DNA of 64,000 bases from Planctomycetota bacterium (GTDB lineage: Bacteria > Planctomycetota > UBA11346): positions 224,001-288,000 of the forward strand of contig JBBRLJ010000001.1 in NCBI GenBank assembly GCA_038231435.1. The letters are read 5' to 3'. Below the pieces are notes generated by a model. The model was not told where the DNA came from and made no database searches. It worked only from the letters and a program-made list of their open reading frames with translations. Position 1 is the stretch's first letter; every line of letters starts with the position of its first letter. Shown one piece after another: positions 55,601 through 64,000 of this stretch. The translations under genes were made by a program, and so were the position numbers.

Positions 55601-56342
55601 GCGCCGGCAGCGGCGCCTGCCAGGCGTTGCCGCGCAGGCCGGCGAGCTGACGCGATTCGGCGTGGCCGCCGTCGAGCGGCTGCCAGGTGACGGTGACCGG
55701 CGCCTGGTAGTCGGAGTCGTCGCGGCCGCCGCGCCAGTGGTGGCGTTCGATCGCCAGCATCATCTTGCGGTCGCTGGCGACCACGGCGGGCTCGAGGTGC
55801 CCTGAGATGGTGGTGCCGCGCGCCCATTCGGCCGAGCCGAGCGGCAGGAAGAGCCGGGCGAAGGCGTCGTGCGCGAAGCGCGGGAAGATCACGCCGATGA
55901 GCGCGACCGCCAGCAGCGCCGAGCCGGCGAGCGCGAGCCAGCGCGGCAGGCCGGGGGCCGGGACCAGCGCGTCGGCCGCGCCCGCGGTCAGGGCCGCCGA
56001 CAGGGCGCCGTCCTCGGCGCCGAGCGCGATGCCATCGACCACGGTGAGCAGGCGGCCGTCGAGGGCGGGCAGGCGGCGTTCGACGAATTGCGCGAGCGCA
56101 CGATCGTCCATCGCGCGTCCGAGCGGACGCACCAGGCGCGCGCGCGCGAGCCAGACGATCGCTGCTAGCAGGGAGAGCAGGGCGACGAAGCGGAACCAGC
56201 CGGGCGTGGGCCAGGCGAAATCGGCGGCGACCACCACCGCGGCGATGCCGAGCGCCAGCGCTACCACGCGCGCCACGCCCTCGAGCACCACCGCACGGCG
56301 CAGGCGGCCGCGGACCTGATCGAGGAATCCACCTGCGTCCAT
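52662..56342 (-). CDS. Large membrane-anchored coiled-coil protein (DUF4175-like)
   Basis: N-terminal TMs, VERRLPALDGRL, TPPAYS, DRAPVV, ASDDYAL, long Q/E/A coiled coils; GGAGG SD. Confidence 0.8.
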   Translation of the reverse strand: MDAGGFLDQVRGRLRRAVVLEGVARVVALALGIAAVVVAADFAWPTPGWFRFVALLSLLAAIVWLARARLVRPLGRAMDDRALAQFVERRLPALDGRLLTVVDGIALGAEDGALSAALTAGAADALVPAPGLPRWLALAGSALLAVALIGVIFPRFAHDAFARLFLPLGSAEWARGTTISGHLEPAVVASDRKMMLAIERHHWRGGRDDSDYQAPVTVTWQPLDGGHAESRQLAGLRGNAWQAPLPALPPGRYRITVESGDGVPLVLEGRSVTRPSLERVTATLTPPAYSKQPAQQLETLSCTALPGSRIDFAIAFATEPGRAIVRASASMHGADAADAAKPVAVKRTDRGISGSIVVAASGGSQLIVGAEDQDGIALDPPAVFAIARAEDRAPVVALDGPAGNEAVSTRAVVGVAIDASDDYALGALELRGQVLAARPAEAAGNDEVAAPASPASPPRTLAAFADAAGSATTSRRSEVEIGKLAALGEQLSLTGWARDTNDVTGPGETSSAPVLLRVVTDEALRQELDRLLAEARERASQAREELGSGLAKPDKLAGAARGAGIATAKCGELVAQVVRRWGENRLPAEQIAPAVKAGELVRSPATPKLGEAANGGGDAPAREADTALAQVEKLLGSLLQEGNLTRRLADLIAKQNNLNDESRAFVLEYLTKPIDAPAKTRQANIADRQRGVADEVKELERDVLAGASAQLDAAKALVRAEPSGDRLTQAAGDIASTKDRARAVETQKATLETLKKLLEALRGGDAAGDLADRIGDLAAKQEAVVKELESGTRPQELEKREKELEEQMKRVEEEAGKRDPDAGKAVAAAGAAAASAQKGMSEGDRPAAGRDAATAANLLREAQKKLGGDSKDKDKEKDKDKPKVPDVVALLRELLGLQTGLVADATILHLKLGDHELDFTSTRAIAAMAERQSDIVLRMREEGIKPLEQNPIATMALNRVAACMDKAAEHLATPALGDKGMRLEKIALAELSRLVDIAEHPSPPSGGGGGKGGGGGDQAPFPAQAEIALLAAMQEELSRLTDANRPGDLAKGEGDLRDLVEAMETHTRPGSRPNVLLSRSRRAMASAAALLGQKDRGLTTRHEQLTAEAELRRLLAEAKGGGGGGSGNPPPPRSDQKPQDQQPDAQKSDPKSGEGKGGASAGGGNKTGKKPTGEVTEVATDQKAGGLRLDLPEERREQLKQAREQNMAPRALQLYERYLELLEERK

Positions 56343-56629
56343 ATTGCCTCCGACTGTAGGCAACCACCCCTGGCCGACAAACGCGAAAGAGCGGTCCGCC
56401 CCGGGACATGTTCAGCGAGCTGCGTGCCGATGGCCTCGGCGGTCGAGCCCATGCCGATGTTCCGAGCTTTTCTTCCAACCGCCAGACAGCGGGGCTGCTC
56501 ACCGCTTGCGCACGCCCCCTCGCGACTGCCCGGCAGCCCTGCACGCCGCACGCCGTGCGCCGCACGTCGAGGGCTGTCTTGCCATCCACCCCGACGCGAC
56601 CATCCTGACCGGCCGCCCAGGAGCCGCCC

Positions 56630-57658
<1,029 letters not shown>

Positions 57659-57857
57659 TCCCTCTACCGGGACACGCAACCGGGATGATCCGCCCACGCT
57701 ATCGCCAGTCCTCTGGCGAAACCGCTCAGCGACGCAACCGGTAGGGTAGGCCGGAAGGCCGTAGGGTCGAAGCCCCTGGACAGTACGTTTCCGGTACGCT
57801 TGAAATCCGAGCTTGCGCGCCAAGGTGGCCGCTCTCCACCCGCACCGGAGCACCGCG

Positions 57858-58364
57858 ATGACCATCCGATCCAACAACGTGACCGAACGCATCCCCAGCG
57901 GCGGGCACAAATCCCTCGAGTCTGCTGGACCGGTGATCCTCGCGCTGTCGCGCATGGTCGCCGACACCTACGTCCTCGCGCTCAAGACCCAGGGCTTCCA
58001 CTGGAACGTGCGCGGCATGCATTTCTTCGAGCTGCACAAGGCCTTCGAGGGTCAGTATGACGCGCTACACGAGGCCGTCGACGAGCTCGCCGAACGCATC
58101 CGCGCGCTCGGCGCGACGGCGCCGGCAACCTTTGCAGAATTCCTCCAGCTCACCGCGCTGCACGAAGCCCGCCAGCAGGATAAGCTCAGCGCCTCCGACA
58201 TGGTCGGCACGCTCGCGCAAGACCACCGCGCGCTCGAACACCGCTCGCGCGAGGCGCTGCGCACCGCCCAGGCGGCCGGAGACGAGGCGACCGCCGATAT
58301 GCTCATCGGACGCATGGAGTCTCACGACAAGACCGCGTGGATGCTGGACAGCTGGCTGCAGTAG
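57858..58364 (+). CDS. dps: Dps family DNA starvation/stationary-phase protein
   Basis: KTQGFHWNVRG, FFELHKAFEGQY, DELAERIRALG, HDKTAWML. Confidence 0.96.
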   Translation: MTIRSNNVTERIPSGGHKSLESAGPVILALSRMVADTYVLALKTQGFHWNVRGMHFFELHKAFEGQYDALHEAVDELAERIRALGATAPATFAEFLQLTALHEARQQDKLSASDMVGTLAQDHRALEHRSREALRTAQAAGDEATADMLIGRMESHDKTAWMLDSWLQ

Positions 58365-58420
58365 AAGCGTGTGGTGGGTGGTTCTGAGTCCCTCTAAACA
58401 CCACACACCAACCACTTCTA
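58362..58420. terminator. GT/CA-rich hairpin between convergent dps and manC-like genes
   Basis: TAGAAGCGTGTGGTGGGTGGT...ACCACACACCAACCACTTCTA, similar to 6831-6890. Confidence 0.5.
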
Positions 58421-59494
58421 AAGCAATTCTCCCCGGCCGCTCGCCTTGAGCTGCTCGACCACCTGCTTGACCTGCTGGCTCTTGCCCTTGGGCACCACCA
58501 GGATGGCGTCGCGGGTGGCGACGATGCTCAGGTGTTCGAGCCCGATGCCGGCGAGCAGCTGGCCGGTCTCGGAGACCATGAGGCAGTCCGCGCAATCGAT
58601 CGCGACCACGTCGCCGCGCGCGATCACGCCCTTGGCGTCGGGCGGCAGGTGGTCGTAGAGCGAATCCCAGCTGCCGACGTCATCCCAGGTGAACTCACCG
58701 GTGACCACGCAGATGTTGGCGGCCTTCTCCATCAGCGCGTAATCGATGCTGATCTTCTTCAGCGGCTGATAGATGGCGTTGAGCTCGGCGGCGAAGCGCG
58801 GCGTGCCCCACGAGTTCGCGAGCGGAGCCAGGGCCTCGGTCAGCCACGAGGTGTGCTTGGCCAGCTCGGCGAGCACGGTGTCGGATCGCCAGGTGAAGAT
58901 GCCCGAGTTCCAGCGATAGCCGCCGGTCTCGATGTAGCGCCGCGCGGTGGCCTCGTCCGGCTTCTCGACGAAGCGCTCGACGCGGTTGACGACCACTCCA
59001 TCCACGTCCGGCCGGCGCTCGGCGAGCTTCACGTAGCCGTATCCGGTCGACGGGAAGCGCGGCGGGATGCCGTAGGTGACGAGATTGCCGTCGCGCGCGA
59101 CCGAGACGCCGGCGGCGAGCGCCTTCTGAAAGCTGTCGACCGGCGAGATGGTCTGGTCGGCGGGCAGCAGGATCATCGTCGAGCCCGGGGACATGCGCTC
59201 GATCACGATCTCGGCCAGGCACACGCACGCGGCGGTGTCTCGGCCGACCGGCTCGGCGATGACGTGGTCGGGCTTCAGCATCGGCAGCTGGCGCCGTGTC
59301 TCGTCGGCGAGCGCGGCGGTGGTGATCACCAGCACGCGCTCGGGCGGGATCAGCGGCTGGAGGCGGGCGACCGTCGCCTGGATCATCGTCGATTCGCCGA
59401 CGATGCGCACCAGCTGCTTGGGAAAGGCGTTGCGGCTGACCGGCCAGAAGCGCGTGCCGGAGCCTCCGGCCATGATGACGGCATAGGTGGTCAT
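58418..59494 (-). CDS. Mannose-1-phosphate guanylyltransferase
   Basis: VIMAGGSGTRFWP, PKQ, EPVGRDTA, TGYGY, FVEKP, WNSGIF, SIDYALME, WDDVGSW; no cupin (PMI) tail. Confidence 0.93.
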   Translation of the reverse strand: MTTYAVIMAGGSGTRFWPVSRNAFPKQLVRIVGESTMIQATVARLQPLIPPERVLVITTAALADETRRQLPMLKPDHVIAEPVGRDTAACVCLAEIVIERMSPGSTMILLPADQTISPVDSFQKALAAGVSVARDGNLVTYGIPPRFPSTGYGYVKLAERRPDVDGVVVNRVERFVEKPDEATARRYIETGGYRWNSGIFTWRSDTVLAELAKHTSWLTEALAPLANSWGTPRFAAELNAIYQPLKKISIDYALMEKAANICVVTGEFTWDDVGSWDSLYDHLPPDAKGVIARGDVVAIDCADCLMVSETGQLLAGIGLEHLSIVATRDAILVVPKGKSQQVKQVVEQLKASGRGELL

Positions 59495-59606
59495 GTGTCG
59501 TCGTCCCGAAGCGGCCGCGTGGATGGGATCATGAGGCGGATTGCTCGCTCATGGCGGGCACCTTCGACCATCAACCATGCACCATCAACCACAAACCATG
59601 AACGCA

Positions 59607-60512
59607 TCAGCGCTTATCGGCGTGCAACGCCACCAGCAGGCGGTTCAGCGGCAGGTGCACGGCCTCGCTGGTCTGGCATTCGACGAAGGCGCACTTGCGG
59701 CTGCGGCAGGTCTTCTGCAATTCGAGACGGTGCTTGGCGACTTCCTCGACGTAGGCGGCGCGCAGCGCGCGGGGTTCGGCGGTGAGCGTGCCGTCGCCCT
59801 CGAGGCCGTCGAAGCGGCTGACCGTGGCGACGCCGAGATCGGCCTCGTCGGGGTCGAGCACCCACACCAGCGCGCAATCGTGGCCGCGATGGCGCAGACG
59901 GTCCACCGCGGCGCCGATCGCCTGGGGATCGGCGATGAAGTCCGAGATCAGCACCACCGAGCCCTTGCGCGTGGACGGCGCCATCAGGTGCTCGAGGCCC
60001 TTGAGCGCATCGGTGCCGCCGGTCGGGACGTGGCCTTCGAGCGCGCGGCAGATGCGTTCGAGCTGGGCCTGGTGGGCCGGCTTGTGCTCGACCGCGGCCT
60101 TCTCGTGGAAGAGGATCAGGCCAGCACGGTCCTGCTGCCCGAGCACCAGGTACGACAGCGAGGCGGCGAGGATGGACGCGTAGCGGTACTTGGTCATCGG
60201 CGCGCGCTCGCCCTGGTACGCCATGCTCGCGGAGCCGTCGACCGCGAGCGTGCAGCCGAGATCTGTCTCGGCCTCGTAGCGCTTGAGCACCAGGCGGTCG
60301 CTGCGGCCGAGCACCTTCCAGTCGAGGTGGCGGATGTCGTCGCCGGCGACGTACTGGCGGTGGTCGGCGAAATCCACCGAGTGGCCCTTGTGCGGGCTGC
60401 GGTGAGCGCCGGTCTGCACGCCCTCGACCACGATCCGAGCCGCCACTTCCAGGCTGTGCAGCTTGGCGAGCTCGGCCGGGCTGATCAGCGGCGAGGCGGT
60501 TGCGTGGAGCAT
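59607..60512 (-). CDS. DUF58 domain protein (MoxR-associated, vWA-like)
   Basis: GAHRSPHKGHSVDFADHRQYVAGDDIRHLDWK, VDGSASM, LISDF. Confidence 0.93.
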   Translation of the reverse strand: MLHATASPLISPAELAKLHSLEVAARIVVEGVQTGAHRSPHKGHSVDFADHRQYVAGDDIRHLDWKVLGRSDRLVLKRYEAETDLGCTLAVDGSASMAYQGERAPMTKYRYASILAASLSYLVLGQQDRAGLILFHEKAAVEHKPAHQAQLERICRALEGHVPTGGTDALKGLEHLMAPSTRKGSVVLISDFIADPQAIGAAVDRLRHRGHDCALVWVLDPDEADLGVATVSRFDGLEGDGTLTAEPRALRAAYVEEVAKHRLELQKTCRSRKCAFVECQTSEAVHLPLNRLLVALHADKR

Positions 60513-60684
60513 GGGCGCAGGATCGCCGCGCGTGCGCAGGAGACAAGCCCAGAGACGCTCGCGGCTCCGCAAAATCCTCATACCAGCGGCGGACGCCCGG
60601 GGTCCACCCGAACGTCCCGATTGCCCCACCCTGCCCCCCTCCTACAACCTCCGCCTCAACCAACGACTTCCCTCAGGAACACGC

Positions 60685-61632
60685 ATGTCCAGCTTCATCG
60701 TCGAGCGCCTCAACCCCAACTTCGGCTACTTCTACACTCGCGGGAAGTCCCTCCATCAGGGCAAGACCAAGTGGCAGAACATGGAGATCGTCGAGTCGAG
60801 CGAGTTCGGCAACGTGCTGCTGCTCGACGGCGTCACCCAGGTGACGAGCAAGAATGAATTCCTCTACCACGAGCCGATGGTGCACCCGGCCTTGACCAGC
60901 CACCCGGATCCCAAGGACGTGCTGATCATCGGCGCTGGCGACGGCGGCATCCTGCGCGAAGTCCTGAAGCACCCCGTCGACAAGGCGGTGATGGCCGAAC
61001 TCGATGGCGGCGTGGTCGACTTCTGCGACCGCCTGATGCCCGAGATCAACGCCGGCGCGTTCAAGGACAAGCGCTACCGCCTCGAGGTTGGCGACGGCCG
61101 CAAGTTCGTCGAGTCGACGAAGGAGAAGTTCGACGCCGTGATCATGGACATGACCGATCCGTTCGGCCCGTCGGTGATGCTCTACACCAAGGAGTTCTTC
61201 CAGCACGTGAAGGCGACGTTCAAGGACGAGCGGGCGATGTTCGTCATGCACACCGAGAGCCCGATCTCGCGCCCGAACACCTTCAAGCAGTGCCACCACA
61301 CCCTGTCGCAGGTGTTCAAGTTCCGCCGCACCTTCTACCTGTACATCCACATGTACGCGGTGCTGTGGTCGATCACGGTGTGCTCGGACACCACCGACGT
61401 CGCGACCATCAGCCCGGTCGAGCTGGGCAACCGCCTCGCGGCGCGCAAGATCGGCAACCTCAAGGCCTACACCCCGCAGACCCACCACTCGATGCTGGCC
61501 GAATTCCCATTCATCGGCGACCTGCTCAAGGACATGAAGTCCGTGCCGGTGATCACCGACAAGAATCCCAAGGTGCTCGACGACATCGACATCAACCGCG
61601 GCGCTCTCGAGATGAAGGAAGTGAAGGGCTGA
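60685..61632 (+). CDS. speE: Spermidine synthase / polyamine aminopropyltransferase
   Basis: FGNVLLLDGVTQ, EFLYHE, IIGAGDGG, ELD, GDG, IMDMTDP. Confidence 0.9.
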   Translation: MSSFIVERLNPNFGYFYTRGKSLHQGKTKWQNMEIVESSEFGNVLLLDGVTQVTSKNEFLYHEPMVHPALTSHPDPKDVLIIGAGDGGILREVLKHPVDKAVMAELDGGVVDFCDRLMPEINAGAFKDKRYRLEVGDGRKFVESTKEKFDAVIMDMTDPFGPSVMLYTKEFFQHVKATFKDERAMFVMHTESPISRPNTFKQCHHTLSQVFKFRRTFYLYIHMYAVLWSITVCSDTTDVATISPVELGNRLAARKIGNLKAYTPQTHHSMLAEFPFIGDLLKDMKSVPVITDKNPKVLDDIDINRGALEMKEVKG

Positions 61633-61665
61633 CGCCGGCCATCACCGCGTTAGGCTTAACCGACC

Positions 61666-62796
61666 ATGACGCAGTTCCTCACCGATCCTGCACGCATGCG
61701 CGCCCTGGCGGCAGAGCACGGCACCCCGCTGCTGCTCTTGTCGACGCAGATGATCAGGCAGCAGTACCGGATCCTGCAGCAGGCGCTGCCGGGCGTGCAG
61801 CTGCATTATGCGCTCAAACCGCTGCCCCACCCCGAGGTGGTGCGCGCGCTGAAAGAGGAAGGCGCCTACTTCGATCTCGCTTCCAACGGCGAGGTCGACG
61901 TGGTGCGTTCGGTGGGCGTGGCTCCGGAACGCTGCATCCAGACCCATCCGATCAAGCGCGACAGCGACATCCGTCACACCCTCGAGTTCGGCTGCCGCAC
62001 CTTCATCTTCGACAATCCCTACGAGCTGCCGAAATTCCTGCCCTACAAGGACCAGGTCGAGCTGCTTATGCGCCTGAGCTTCCGCAACAAGGAAGCTCAG
62101 TGCGACCTGTCGGCGAAGTTCGGCGTGCAACCCTCTGAAGCGCTCGAGCTCCTGCGCAAGGCCATCGGCATGGGGCTGAAGGTCCGCGGCCTGAGCTTCC
62201 ACGTCGGCAGCCAGATGCTCAACGCCTTCAAGTTCATCGAAGCGATCGGCTTCTGCCGCCAGCTCTTCAACCTCGCCGCGCTCGACGGCGTGCGCCTGGA
62301 TACGCTCGACATCGGCGGCGGATATCCCGTCCCGTACATCGAGCCGGTGATGCCGATCTCGTACTACTGCCACCCGATCGCCGGCGAGCTCGAGCGCCAG
62401 TTTCCAGGCGTGCGTCTGATCGCCGAACCGGGCCGCTTCGTCTCCGCACCGGCGATGACGCTGATCTCATCGGTGATGGGCAAGGCCGAGCGCCAAGGAC
62501 TCGCCTGGTACTACCTCGACGACGGACTGTACGGCAGCTACTCCGGCAAGCTCTACGACCACTGCGACTACCAGTTCATGCCGCTGGCGAAACTCGAGGG
62601 CAAGTCGGGCCCCGAGCGCATGAGCGTGGTCGCCGGTCCCACCTGCGATTCGATCGACGTGGTCTACGACAACATCCTGTTGCCCGAGATGGAGTGCAAC
62701 GACCTGGTGGTCAGCCCGATGATGGGCGCCTACACCTGGGCCTCTGCCACCGACTTCAATTTCTTCCCCAAGGCCAAGATCGTCGTCATCGACTGA
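61666..62796 (+). CDS. Fold-type III PLP ornithine/lysine decarboxylase
   Basis: HYALK, FDLASNGE, KFG, SFHVGSQ, DIGGG, AEPGRF, DDGLYG, GPTCDSID, GAYT. Confidence 0.92.
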   Translation: MTQFLTDPARMRALAAEHGTPLLLLSTQMIRQQYRILQQALPGVQLHYALKPLPHPEVVRALKEEGAYFDLASNGEVDVVRSVGVAPERCIQTHPIKRDSDIRHTLEFGCRTFIFDNPYELPKFLPYKDQVELLMRLSFRNKEAQCDLSAKFGVQPSEALELLRKAIGMGLKVRGLSFHVGSQMLNAFKFIEAIGFCRQLFNLAALDGVRLDTLDIGGGYPVPYIEPVMPISYYCHPIAGELERQFPGVRLIAEPGRFVSAPAMTLISSVMGKAERQGLAWYYLDDGLYGSYSGKLYDHCDYQFMPLAKLEGKSGPERMSVVAGPTCDSIDVVYDNILLPEMECNDLVVSPMMGAYTWASATDFNFFPKAKIVVID

Positions 62797-62813
62797 TAGC
62801 GCGAGAACCTACC

Positions 62814-63668
62814 ATGGCCTCTGAAAACCTGAACCTCTGGCTCGAAGACCTGTACGGCGACCAGGCGGGCATCCGCCTGCGGCTGCGCGAGTGCCTGTAC
62901 AGCGCCACCTCGCCGTTCCAGCGTATCGCGGTCTACGACAGCGTCGCGTTCGGCAAGGTCCTGACCCTCGGCGGAGCGATCGCGCTCACCGATTTCGACG
63001 AGGCGCTCTATTCGGAATGCCTGGTGCACCCCGCGCTGAGCGTGGCGCCCGAGGCCAAGCGCGTCCTCATCCTCGGCGGCGGCGACGGCGGCGTCGCGCG
63101 CGAGGTGCTGCGCTACCCCAAGGTCGAGCGCGTCACCGTGGTCGAGATCGACAGGCAGGTGGTCGAGGTCTGCAAGAGCCACTTCCCGCGCGCGGCCGCG
63201 TCGCTGTCCGACAAGCGCGTCGAGCTGGTGATCGACGACGCCCACCGCTATCTGCGCGACTGCCAGCACCAGTTCGACGTCGTCATCGTCGACGCCTGCG
63301 AGCTTTCTGATACCGCCAGCGACGCCTTCCACGCGGTCGGCTTCGCGGATCTGGTGTTCAAGCGCCTGAGAGACGGCGGCATCCTGGTCGCGCCGCTCGG
63401 TTGTCCGACCTTCGATTCAGACCATTGCCGCGGCACCCTGCGCAAGCTCGGCGAAAAGTTCCCCAGCCCACGCGTCTACCTGATGACCATCCCGAGCTTT
63501 CCGGGCGGACAGTGGGCGGTGGCGTGGTGCTCGATCGGCGCCAAGCCCGAGCTGGTGCCCGCGACCGCGGCAGTCAGCTCGGACCTGCGCTGCTGGCATC
63601 CCGGACTGCAGGCCGGCATGTTCGCGCTGCCGCGCAATGTGCAGAGCCAGCTCGGGCTGTCGCGCTGA
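62814..63668 (+). CDS. Second spermidine-synthase-like protein with altered amine-site residues
   Basis: SPFQRI, FGKVL, LGGGDGG, VEID, FDVVIVD; but GGAIA, YSE and DACE replace canonical DG..Q, YHE and DSxDP. Confidence 0.85.
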   Translation: MASENLNLWLEDLYGDQAGIRLRLRECLYSATSPFQRIAVYDSVAFGKVLTLGGAIALTDFDEALYSECLVHPALSVAPEAKRVLILGGGDGGVAREVLRYPKVERVTVVEIDRQVVEVCKSHFPRAAASLSDKRVELVIDDAHRYLRDCQHQFDVVIVDACELSDTASDAFHAVGFADLVFKRLRDGGILVAPLGCPTFDSDHCRGTLRKLGEKFPSPRVYLMTIPSFPGGQWAVAWCSIGAKPELVPATAAVSSDLRCWHPGLQAGMFALPRNVQSQLGLSR

Positions 63669-63897
63669 CTATCGGTTGTGGGGCTACGGCCCTGCGCGCG
63701 ATGGTTGCCCAAAAAGGCATTCGAGAATCGCTACGCGATTCCACCCCAACATCTCGCTGCCTCTACCGACTGGGGCCTCATGCCGCCTCTGCCCCCTTGG
63801 AAGAATCGGTCAGTGTGAGTTGGGAGCAGGCGCCGTTGGCGCTGCTCGACTGTCAGAGCCATGACTCCGTGGCCTGCAGGATGAACTCCCTATCGCC

Positions 63898-64000
63898 TCA
63901 GATCATCTCGAGTCCATCACGATCCGGCAGCTTCGGAAACGGCGCCGCCGGCAGCGTCTGGTACCAGAACGCCACCGACGAGATGTCGTCCTGCAGCGGC
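63898..64000 (-). CDS. C-terminus of a DUF2961/GH172-like protein (partial)
   Basis: Manual translation PLQDDISSVAFWYQTLPAAPFPKLPDRDGLEMI-stop matches the family tail as I recall it. Confidence 0.7.
   Translation of the reverse strand, partial: PLQDDISSVAFWYQTLPAAPFPKLPDRDGLEMI

Noticed and set aside
57740..57775. REP-like GTAGGCCGGAAGGCC upstream of dps
   Set aside because: Single short copy with a weak stem; not distinguishable from chance

Overview
A GC-rich (roughly 70% by eye) bacterial chromosomal segment, probably from a Planctomycetota-like organism. That placement is an inference from gene content: a MoxR/DUF58/prenyltransferase-repeat/DUF4175-like set, a tail-anchored Ser/Thr kinase, rpoN and a stand-alone GspE-N protein. 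Most of the window is housekeeping: glmM-like mutase, lolCE/lolD, mdh, sucA-sucB-lpdA, rpoN, rlmH, tgt, tadA, hisD, nth, ndk, two Dus paralogues, dps, manC-like, a speE-ODC-speE polyamine operon, a small polysaccharide-modification cluster and tRNA-Phe/Ala/Gln. I saw no CRISPR array, integrase or transposase. The most unusual signals are: (1) a vapBC pair whose PIN toxin lacks typical catalytic acids and whose 17-bp operator palindrome half-site is repeated in tandem just before the divergent sucA, with a DUF433 antitoxin-like fusion inside the same operon, suggesting a TA module re-used to control 2-oxoglutarate dehydrogenase; (2) a FolD + homocysteine methyltransferase + degenerate MTHFR triple fusion; (3) a STAS + Cys-less zinc-ribbon + degenerate RsbW fusion; (4) a minimal secretin-like protein; (5) a ~220-bp REPIN-like fold-back with c(UACG)g hairpins directly after stop codons; (6) a 14-bp repeat forming a TGATG relay of mini-ORFs after hisD; (7) a probable ACG start codon and a nonsense-interrupted cupin gene. 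All family calls come from motif recognition by eye; no database searches were run.
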